From Armatimonadota bacterium (GTDB lineage Bacteria > Vulcanimicrobiota > Vulcanimicrobiia > Vulcanimicrobiales > Vulcanimicrobiaceae): 64,000 bases of DNA. Shown one piece after another: positions 45,723 to 53,285 of the stretch. Under the pieces are notes generated by a model, which worked only from the letters and a program-made list of their open reading frames with translations, had not been told where the DNA came from and did no database searches. The position numbers were made by a program, and so were the translations under genes. The stretch covers positions 24,988 through 88,987 of the forward strand of contig JBBISR010000007.1 of the NCBI GenBank assembly GCA_037441145.1. The letters run 5' to 3'. Position 1 is the stretch's first letter; every line of letters starts with the position of its first letter.

Positions 45723-46520
45723 TTAGGTGCTGTCTTGAGCGCCACGCGCTTCTGGATCGTCTGAGGTCTGCGCCGGTATTTCCTCCGTTTCAATCCCGAT
45801 TATTCGCTCCGCCTCGTCGAGCGCACGGTCAGTCATTGCTAATTTTATGTCGATATTCTCAAGCTCGGCGTCACGCTCGCCGTCGCTTCGTCCATCGAGG
45901 ATCTCGCCGATCACGCTTGCCAGCCCCTGTTTCACCTGCGCAAGCTGTTCAACCGCGGTTTCAATATTGATTATGTAATTCGCAAAATTCCGAAGTTGTT
46001 TTTGGATTTGCTCTGAACCCCCGCCGTACTTTACCTCTGCTCCGAACTCATCGGCGAGACGTTCGCTCATTTGAGCCCAATCGTTTTGAAGTCTCGTCCT
46101 GATTTGAATTTCTACAAAATACTCATCGTCACTTACGATTATGTGGACAGCGCGATATCCTGTTCGGTTCTGCAAGCCTCTCTTATCATCAATTCGCGCG
46201 GTCGGATAAACACGGAGAATGTTCGCTACGAGATCGTCTTGCTCTCGATTTTGCGCAACTACGAGACGTAGCCCACCGATATCTTGCATGCGAGAGAGGC
46301 GAGTTTTCTCACGAACCAATTTCGCGACGATTGAGAATGTCGATTTTTGCGGACGAAGCGACATCGTCGCATCATCGAGTAGTGGAACGATATTCGCGGC
46401 TATCTTATGCACGACAGGCGCGAAGCCAGAGCGAAATTTCGAGAGGAGCGCAAGATCGTCTTCACTCACCGAGCCGTGACGCAATCGCTCCCCTAGCCGA
46501 TCGATTTCACTTCGCGTCAT
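45723..46520 (-). CDS. stand-alone RelA/SpoT-homologue small alarmone synthetase (synthetase domain plus helical acidic tail)
   Basis: The ordered motifs are LRPQKSTFSIVAKL, MQDIGGLRLVV, TGYRAVHIIV and VEIQIRTRLQNDWA. There is no HD hydrolase, TGS or ACT domain. The ATG at 46520 gives MTRSEIDRLGERL. The longer track ORF (to 46772) merely reads antisense through the pmbA-repeat. Confidence 0.85.
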   Translation of the reverse strand: MTRSEIDRLGERLRHGSVSEDDLALLSKFRSGFAPVVHKIAANIVPLLDDATMSLRPQKSTFSIVAKLVREKTRLSRMQDIGGLRLVVAQNREQDDLVANILRVYPTARIDDKRGLQNRTGYRAVHIIVSDDEYFVEIQIRTRLQNDWAQMSERLADEFGAEVKYGGGSEQIQKQLRNFANYIINIETAVEQLAQVKQGLASVIGEILDGRSDGERDAELENIDIKLAMTDRALDEAERIIGIETEEIPAQTSDDPEARGAQDST

Positions 46521-46600
46521 AGGATCGTCTTCACGGGCGCGGCCCACCTGGCCCGTCGTATGACAGCCAAGAATGTCGGGCTCATTTTTTAAGGCGACCT

Positions 46601-46682
46601 GATCGCGGACGGCCTTGTCCACGACGGCCGCGTCGTTTCGCCGTCCTTCCGCGTCGCCGAAATGACGATCAGCGGAACTTAA
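46601..46682 (+). pseudogene. displaced remnant of a pmbA 3' end (right copy of the direct repeat)
   Basis: Encodes IADGLVHDGRVVSPSFRVAEMTISGT* followed by TAA, but has no pmbA body upstream. The junction is at the A/T-rich ctcattttttaagg. Confidence 0.75.
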
Positions 46683-46753
46683 GTTCGCGGTAATATCCAC
46701 GGGGTGGAAGCCGTTTGCGAGGACACCCGGGTCGCGTCCCCGTAGCCGGGGGG

Positions 46754-48193
46754 ATGGCAAGTCCAGCAGCAATCGGTTTCACCCTCATCATGCGTCTCGA
46801 AATGTCGGCGCATCCCGGCGCCTTCGGCACCGTCTCCTCGGCGATCATCGATGCGGGGGGCACGATCTCCGCAGTCGACATGCGCTCCGCCGGCAAGACC
46901 GCCGTGGTGCGCGATTTCTCCGTAACCGTCCCGAGCGATCCGGTCGGGAACGCCGTGCGTCTCGCGGTCGAAGCGCTCGATGGCGTGCGCATCATCTCGA
47001 TGTCCGATTCGACGTTCCTCGCGCACCTCGGCGGCAAGATCACGATCGATCCGAAGATGCCGATCAAGACGCGTCAGGATCTCTCGACCGTGTATACGCC
47101 GGGCGTCGCGCGCGTCTCGATGGCGATCGCAAACGATCCCGCGAAAGCGTTCACGCTGACGATCAAGAAAAATACCGTTGCCGTCGTCACCGATGGAACG
47201 GCCGTACTCGGCCTCGGCGATATCGGCCCGCTCGGCGCGGCGCCCGTGATGGAGGGCAAATGCGCGCTGTTCAAACAGTTTGCGGGCATCGATGCGTTTC
47301 CGATCTGCCTCGACACCAAAGATGTCGATGAGATCGTCGAGACGATCGTACGCATCGCGCCGATCTTCGGCGGTATCAACCTCGAAGATATCTCCGCACC
47401 GCGCTGCTTCGAAGTCGAAAAACGCCTGATCGAGCGCCTCGATATCCCCGTGATGCACGATGACCAACACGGCACCGCAGTCGTGATCCTCGCGGCGCTT
47501 ATCAACGCGGCGAAAGTCGTCGGCAAAGAACTGAGCGCGATGCGCGTCGTCGTCGTCGGCAGCGGCGCCGCCGGCACCGCAACGATCAAGATGCTACTCG
47601 CGGCGGGGATCGGCGACGTCGTTCCCGTGGATCGTGCGGGCGCGATCAACCGTGGCGATCGGTACGAGAATCCGTACTGGACGTGGCTTGCCGAAAACAC
47701 GAATCGCGAGAACCGCCGTGGCAATTTGCACGACGTGCTCAAGGGCGCCGATTGCTTCATCGGCGTCAGCGCGCCCGGCATCTTGACGGTCGAAGATCTT
47801 AAGACGATGGGCAAGGACCCGATCGTGTTCGCGATGGCGAACCCGACGCCCGAAATCATGCCGGACATCGCGGCGCCGTACGTTGCCGTCATCGGCACGG
47901 GGCGTTCGGATTTTCCGAATCAAGTGAATAATCTACTCGCGTTTCCGGGCCTCTTCCGCGGCGCGCTCGATGCACGCTCGACCCGTATTAGCGAGGGGAT
48001 GAAGCTTGCGGCCGCACACGCGATCGCGAACATCGTTGGCGAAGAGCGGTCGGCGGAATATGTGATCCCGAGCGTGTTCGATCAGCGCGTCGTCGACGCC
48101 GTCGCGAAAGCGGTCGCTCAGGCGGCCGTGGAAGAAGGGCTTAGCCGACGTAGCCTCCTAGTCAACGAGGAAGAAAACGCGGCCCTCGTCTAG
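46754..48193 (+). CDS. NAD(P)-dependent malic enzyme with N-terminal ACT-like domain
   Basis: YTPGVARV...VVTDGTAVLGLGDIGPLGAAPVMEGKCALFK...DISAPRCFE...HDDQHGTAVV...GSGAAG is the bacterial malic enzyme pattern. Confidence 0.9.
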   Translation: MASPAAIGFTLIMRLEMSAHPGAFGTVSSAIIDAGGTISAVDMRSAGKTAVVRDFSVTVPSDPVGNAVRLAVEALDGVRIISMSDSTFLAHLGGKITIDPKMPIKTRQDLSTVYTPGVARVSMAIANDPAKAFTLTIKKNTVAVVTDGTAVLGLGDIGPLGAAPVMEGKCALFKQFAGIDAFPICLDTKDVDEIVETIVRIAPIFGGINLEDISAPRCFEVEKRLIERLDIPVMHDDQHGTAVVILAALINAAKVVGKELSAMRVVVVGSGAAGTATIKMLLAAGIGDVVPVDRAGAINRGDRYENPYWTWLAENTNRENRRGNLHDVLKGADCFIGVSAPGILTVEDLKTMGKDPIVFAMANPTPEIMPDIAAPYVAVIGTGRSDFPNQVNNLLAFPGLFRGALDARSTRISEGMKLAAAHAIANIVGEERSAEYVIPSVFDQRVVDAVAKAVAQAAVEEGLSRRSLLVNEEENAALV

Positions 48194-48228
48194 AGCGCGG
48201 CGGATCGTTCGTTTCACGAGGAGCTAGG

Positions 48229-48918
48229 ATGCAAGACCGGGTTCTCATCATCGAGGACGACCCCGGAATCGCCGCGATGGAGCAGGCGTTCCTCAATCGC
48301 GCGGGATTCGAAACCAAACACGCATCGACCGGCGTGCAAGGCCTCGAAATCGAATCGACGTTCAAACCGGCAGTCGTTTTGCTCGACGTCGAGTTGCCCG
48401 ATATCTCGGGCCTCGACGTCTGCACGTCGCTTGCGAACACGAGCGATGCGTTCATCTTGATGGTGAGCGCGCACTCGACCGAAAAAGACAAACTCACGGG
48501 CCTCGGGCTCGGCGCGGACGATTACATCACGAAGCCGTTTTCGGGCAACGAACTCGTCGCGCGCGTGCAGTCGTTCTTGCGGCGCCGCGAACGCTCGCGG
48601 CAGCGCGATAGCGATGGCAAACTCGTCGTCGGCGATGCGACGCTCGTCCGCGATTTCCACACGATCGATACGGCGGACGGAAAGAGCGTCGTGCTGACGG
48701 CGCTGGAATTTCGCCTGCTATGGTTCCTCGCAGAGGCCGAGGGCAAGCTCCTCACGCGCGCGCAGATTCTCGAATTCGTCTGGAACGACGTCTCGGGCGT
48801 GCCCACGCGCGTCGTCGACGTGCACATTGCGGCATTGCGCAAAAAGTTGCAAGAAGTCCAGGCGACGATCCAGATTTCGAGCGTGCGCGGCATCGGGTAC
48901 CGCCTCGATCTCAGTTAA
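48229..48918 (+). CDS. OmpR-family response regulator
   Basis: Receiver domain (VLIIEDD...LLDVELPDISG...ADDYITKPF) plus a winged-helix output domain (LTALEFRLLWFL...VDVHIAALRKKL...RGIGYRL). No histidine kinase is adjacent. Confidence 0.9.
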   Translation: MQDRVLIIEDDPGIAAMEQAFLNRAGFETKHASTGVQGLEIESTFKPAVVLLDVELPDISGLDVCTSLANTSDAFILMVSAHSTEKDKLTGLGLGADDYITKPFSGNELVARVQSFLRRRERSRQRDSDGKLVVGDATLVRDFHTIDTADGKSVVLTALEFRLLWFLAEAEGKLLTRAQILEFVWNDVSGVPTRVVDVHIAALRKKLQEVQATIQISSVRGIGYRLDLS

Positions 48919-50398
48919 GCGTAACGATCCCGCCGCGCTCGGGCTGAAGCTCGACGCGCGGGATCCGCGCCCACTCTACGTGCAGATCGCCGACGGCATC
49001 GTCGAAGCGATCGACGACGCGCGGCTCGTTCCGGGCTCACGGCTCCCGCCGATTCGCGATTTCGCGAGCGCGCTCGGCTGCGGCGTCGTCACGGTATCGC
49101 AAGCGTACGACGTACTCAATGCCCGCAAGCGCGTGACGGCGCGCGTCGGCAAGGGCACGTTCGTTGCCGAAGCGCAGCGGCCCGATACGTTTTTCGCACG
49201 AAAATGGGAGCCCGATCTCGGGCGGCTCGCACGCGCGGAGCGCATGGAAGGCACGCTCGATCGGCTCGCGCGCGCGAACGTCGATGGCGCGATCTCGCTT
49301 GCAAGCGGGCACCCTTCGCCGGAAACGTTTCCGATGGTGGATTTCGGGCGCGCGATGCAGCGCACGTTACTCGAAGACCCACCGGAAGCGATGCAATATC
49401 GCGCATCGACGGGCGATCCGGATCTGTGCGAAGCGCTCGCGCTCGGCCTGCGCGGACGCGGCTGCGATGCGAAGGCCGATGAGATCATCGTTTGCTCGGG
49501 CGCGCAACAAGCGGCCGATCTCGTCGCGACGCTCGTGCTCGGCGATCGCTCCGTCGTTGCGGCCGAAAGCCCGACCTATGCGGGGACGCTCGGCGTCTTC
49601 GATGCGCGCGGCGCGACGTACGTGGAAGTCGCAAGCGACGGCGACGGCGTGCGCATCGACGACGTCGAGCGCGTGTTCGCGGAATACCGGCCGCGCCTGT
49701 TCTACGTGAACCCGATCTCGCAAAATCCCACGGGCGCCGTGCTTTCGGAGCGCCGGGCGAAGCAGATCGTCGCGCTCGCGCGCCGGTACGACGTACTCGT
49801 TCTGGAAGACCAGACGAACTGGGTGTTCACGTACGACGCGGCCGCGCCACCGCCGGTCGCCGCGCACGATACCGACGGTCGCGTTATCGTGATGGAATCG
49901 CTTTCGAAATCGATCTTTCCGGCGCTGCGCATCGGGTATCTCTACGTGAAGGGCGGCTTGCGCGCGCCGCTCGAAGCCGCGAAAGTGCGCGCGGATTCGT
50001 TTACCTCGACGCTCACGCAGCGTGCGCTGTGGCGCTTTATGACGAGCCCGTCCTATGCGCGCCACCTCAAAGCGGCACGGGGGCTCTATCGCTCGCGGCG
50101 CGACGCGTTCGTGATCGCGCTTGCCGAGGCGCTTCCGTGGGCGGACGTGCGCCCGCCCGCCGCCGGTACCAACGTGTGGCTGCGCCTCCCGCCGCGTTTT
50201 TCGACCGCGGCGGTGTTCGATGCGTGCGCGCGCGAGGGCGTGTTGGTCATGCCGGCGGAAGCGTTCTATCCGACACGATCCGGCCCACCCGCGATCCGTC
50301 TGTCGTTCGGCGATCTCGCGCCGCGCGATGTCCCGACCGCCGTGAATCGTCTCGCCGCAGCGTTTGCGGCGCTCGAAGGCGAAACCGCGCCCACCTGA
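48827..50398 (+). CDS. MocR-type regulator (GntR HTH fused to a PLP aminotransferase-like domain); start uncertain
   Basis: PLYVQIADGIVEAIDDARLVPGSRLPPIRDFASALGCGVVTVSQAYDVL is a GntR HTH, followed by a fold-type-I aminotransferase domain (SLSKSIFPALRIGY). The only canonical start (ATG 48827) overlaps the response regulator gene by 92 nt. An in-frame CTG at 48944 would give a typical N-terminus, LKLDARDPRPLY. Confidence 0.85.
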   Translation: MRHCAKSCKKSRRRSRFRACAASGTASISVKRNDPAALGLKLDARDPRPLYVQIADGIVEAIDDARLVPGSRLPPIRDFASALGCGVVTVSQAYDVLNARKRVTARVGKGTFVAEAQRPDTFFARKWEPDLGRLARAERMEGTLDRLARANVDGAISLASGHPSPETFPMVDFGRAMQRTLLEDPPEAMQYRASTGDPDLCEALALGLRGRGCDAKADEIIVCSGAQQAADLVATLVLGDRSVVAAESPTYAGTLGVFDARGATYVEVASDGDGVRIDDVERVFAEYRPRLFYVNPISQNPTGAVLSERRAKQIVALARRYDVLVLEDQTNWVFTYDAAAPPPVAAHDTDGRVIVMESLSKSIFPALRIGYLYVKGGLRAPLEAAKVRADSFTSTLTQRALWRFMTSPSYARHLKAARGLYRSRRDAFVIALAEALPWADVRPPAAGTNVWLRLPPRFSTAAVFDACAREGVLVMPAEAFYPTRSGPPAIRLSFGDLAPRDVPTAVNRLAAAFAALEGETAPT

Positions 50399-50411
50399 CT
50401 TCGGAGTACTC

Positions 50412-53231
50412 GTGCAACGTCGCTCGTCATTCGCTCTTCTCGGTTGCTTTCTCGCGTGCGGGGTCGCAAGTGCGATCGCCACGCCGAGTATCGCCGCGCA
50501 GCCGCGGCCGACCGTCGTGTATTCGGTGCCCGCAGGATACCGTGGCGCGGGCGCGCTCGGCGTGAATTTCTTCAACGCGATCTTGCCCTCGGGGCGCGTT
50601 GTCTCGCCCCTCGGGCAGAGCGTGCTCGTCGGCATGAACGCGCTCGGCACCGCAGTTACCGAAAACGGAAAATACGCGATCGTTACCTGCGATGACGAAC
50701 GCCAATCGCAGGTGCGTTCGCTCACGAATCCGGCGATCGTCGGGGGCTTTTCGCTTTCGGTCGTCGAGACCGCGACGATGCGCGTCGTCGATCAGGTCGT
50801 CGGCGACGGATTCTTCCAGGGCGTCGTCGCGGTGCCCGATCCGCTCGACGCGGCGCGCACGCTCGTGTTCGCAAGCGGCGGCCCCACGAACGTCGTGAAC
50901 GTGTACGATCTCGATCCCGCATCCGGAAAACTCACGCCCGACAAAGAACGCACCGTGATCTCGATGCCGGGGCCGATCGACCCCGCGTTCGGCGATGAAG
51001 GGCACGCGTTTCCCTCGACGCTGCTCGCTTCTGCCGACCGCAAGACGGTGTACGCGGTGAACGAACTCGCGGGCAGTATTTCGGCGATCGACGTTGCGAC
51101 GCGCACGCTGCTTGCGGGCACGCAACGCGTTGGGTTCTTTCCGCTCGGCGCGACGATCGCGGGCTCGCAGGCGATCGTCGCAAACGAAGGCCTCATGCGC
51201 TACGCGCAGCTCGAGCAGCCGACGAATGCGCCGCCGTTTCGCACCGTCGATCCCGATCTCGAACACGCGTCGTCGCTCTCGTTCGTGCCGCTCGGCGCCG
51301 ATGGTCGCTTCGCAACGGCTGCGGTCGCTCCGTCATCGGCGCTGCTGCCGCATGCGCTCGCGCTCGACCCCACGCCCGATGGCGTCCGCGCGATCGGTGG
51401 CGCGCATCCGAATGCGCTCGTCGCGACGCCCGACGGCGCATACGCGTACGTGGCGCTCGCAAACGTCGACCGCGTCGCCACGATCGCGCTTGCGGGCACG
51501 CCGCATGCGGTCGGCGGAACGGAACTCCGCCTTTTCGATAAAGGCCCATACGGCACGCAGCCGACGGCGCTCGCCCTCTCGCACGATGGGACGCGCCTCT
51601 ACGTCGCACTCGCTGGCCTGAACGCCGTTGCGGTGGTCGATGCGAAAGATCCGATCCATCTGCATCGGCTCGGATTGATTCCGACGGGCTGGTACCCGAC
51701 GGCGCTTACGCTTGCAGAAAACGACCGCACGCTCTACATCACGAACACGAAGGGCTTCGGCCACGAGCCCGGCTTCACGGGCGATCCCGCGACGGATGCC
51801 GATGCGAACGCGGTGTGGTCCACGTTGCAGCGCGTCGATCTCACGCACGTCGATCTCGCGCGCGCGACACGCACGGCGCTCGCGAACACGCGTGTGGCGT
51901 CGCCCGCAAAAACGAACGCGATCGTGCCGCAATCGCTCGCGCTCGGCGCATCGAAGAAGATCAAGCACGTCGTATTTGTCTTGCAAGAGAACAAGACGTA
52001 CGACTCGATGCTCGGCGATCTGACCGACAGCTCTGGCGCGCCTTATGGGCCGGGCGATCCGCGTTTCACGATGTTCGGCGCGAGCGTCACGCCGAATCTG
52101 CACGCGCTCGCGCGCACGTATGCCCTCGCCGGTAATATTTTCGCAGATGCGGAAGAATCGGATGCGGGCCATCAATTCGCTGCGGGTGGGATCGCAACGG
52201 CATACACCGAGCGCACGCTGTTCGTGAAGAGTGGGCGGCGGCCGCTCGTAAACAAGAACGAGGATCCCGAAGATTATCCGCGCGCGGGGTACATCTTCGA
52301 CGCGCTCGCGCGCCACGGCTCGACGTATCGCGACTACGGCGATTTCGTGCGCGTCTCGGGTTACGACGAGGGGCAAAATCCCGATCCGAAAGCGGATGAC
52401 CCGAACTTCGCGGGTATCGACGATACGAGCGCGCCGACGACGAACCTCGGCGGGCTCTATAGCGAGAACGTTCCCGCGCCGTCGGCGCTTGCGAACCACG
52501 TCGATCTCGCCTATCCCGGTTGGAACTTGCGCATTCGCGACGAGCGGCGCGCACGCGAATTCATCCGCGATTACGGCGCACTCGCGCGCGCGAACGCGAT
52601 TCCGACGTATACCTACATCTGGCTCCCGGCAGATCACGGTGGCGCGGGGCGCAACATCCCACCGATCGCCGAGGAAGTCGCCGATGGCGACCGCGCGCTC
52701 GGTACGATCGTGCAGTATCTCACGCATCTCCCGAGTTACGCGTCGACCGCGATCGTCATCATGCCGGACGACGCGCAATCGACGCGCGATCACGTCGACG
52801 AATATCGCACGTATGCCATCGTCGTTTCGCCGTTCGCGAAACGCGGCTACATCGGGAAGCGCCATCTCTCGACGACCTCGGTGCTGAAAACGACGGAAGA
52901 ACTTTTGGGCTTACCGCCGCTTTCGCTCGGCGATCTTCTCGCGACCGATATGAGCGATTTCTTCACGCCGAATGCGCGCGTCGAGCCCTACACGGCACTC
53001 GACGTTCCGACGCAAACGGCGAGCCGCGAAGGTGCGCGGATCGCCGCGCTGCTCGAAGGCACGGATCAATCGGCACCGGATACGGACGCTTCGCGCGGGG
53101 GGTGGTTGGTCGAGCTTTCGCGCATGGCCGATCTCACGGCCGAGCGGCGCGCGCGTTACGGAGCGCGCGCGTATGCCGAGCGGCAGGGCGCCCTCTGGGA
53201 TGCCGCCGTGCGTGCGGCCCGCGCACGCTGA
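50412..53231 (+). CDS. secreted beta-propeller (YVTN/lactonase-like repeats) fused to a phosphoesterase (PLC/AcpA family) domain
   Basis: The GTG at 50412 follows GGAG and gives the signal peptide VQRRSSFALLGCFLACGVASAIA. Repeated TVYAVNELAGSISAIDV / RLYVALAGLNAVAVVD / TLYITNTKG units are present. The C-terminal half has KHVVFVLQENKTYDSMLG, typical of the phosphoesterase family. Confidence 0.8.
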   Translation: MQRRSSFALLGCFLACGVASAIATPSIAAQPRPTVVYSVPAGYRGAGALGVNFFNAILPSGRVVSPLGQSVLVGMNALGTAVTENGKYAIVTCDDERQSQVRSLTNPAIVGGFSLSVVETATMRVVDQVVGDGFFQGVVAVPDPLDAARTLVFASGGPTNVVNVYDLDPASGKLTPDKERTVISMPGPIDPAFGDEGHAFPSTLLASADRKTVYAVNELAGSISAIDVATRTLLAGTQRVGFFPLGATIAGSQAIVANEGLMRYAQLEQPTNAPPFRTVDPDLEHASSLSFVPLGADGRFATAAVAPSSALLPHALALDPTPDGVRAIGGAHPNALVATPDGAYAYVALANVDRVATIALAGTPHAVGGTELRLFDKGPYGTQPTALALSHDGTRLYVALAGLNAVAVVDAKDPIHLHRLGLIPTGWYPTALTLAENDRTLYITNTKGFGHEPGFTGDPATDADANAVWSTLQRVDLTHVDLARATRTALANTRVASPAKTNAIVPQSLALGASKKIKHVVFVLQENKTYDSMLGDLTDSSGAPYGPGDPRFTMFGASVTPNLHALARTYALAGNIFADAEESDAGHQFAAGGIATAYTERTLFVKSGRRPLVNKNEDPEDYPRAGYIFDALARHGSTYRDYGDFVRVSGYDEGQNPDPKADDPNFAGIDDTSAPTTNLGGLYSENVPAPSALANHVDLAYPGWNLRIRDERRAREFIRDYGALARANAIPTYTYIWLPADHGGAGRNIPPIAEEVADGDRALGTIVQYLTHLPSYASTAIVIMPDDAQSTRDHVDEYRTYAIVVSPFAKRGYIGKRHLSTTSVLKTTEELLGLPPLSLGDLLATDMSDFFTPNARVEPYTALDVPTQTASREGARIAALLEGTDQSAPDTDASRGGWLVELSRMADLTAERRARYGARAYAERQGALWDAAVRAARAR

Positions 53232-53285
53232 CCCGGAAACCGGAAGCCCGCGCACGAAGCCTCGTGCGATGGCCTCTTCCGTAGC

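Larger units (their letters stand above)
45419..46600. mobile_element. low-GC genomic islet (two genes, no recombinase) inserted at the pmbA 3' end
   Basis: Bounded by the 82-nt direct repeat. My hand counts of two 60-nt lines (45961-46020 and 46081-46140) give 33% and 35% G+C, whereas the flanks are clearly G+C-rich. Codon third positions are A/T-rich, unlike the rest of the window. Confidence 0.65.

Noticed and set aside
46521-46772. N-terminal extension of the SAS ORF (track start 46772)
   Set aside because: The extension reads antisense through the duplicated pmbA terminus and into the malic-enzyme start region, and it has high-GC, host-like composition. The ATG at 46520 gives the typical N-terminus of stand-alone RelA/SpoT proteins.
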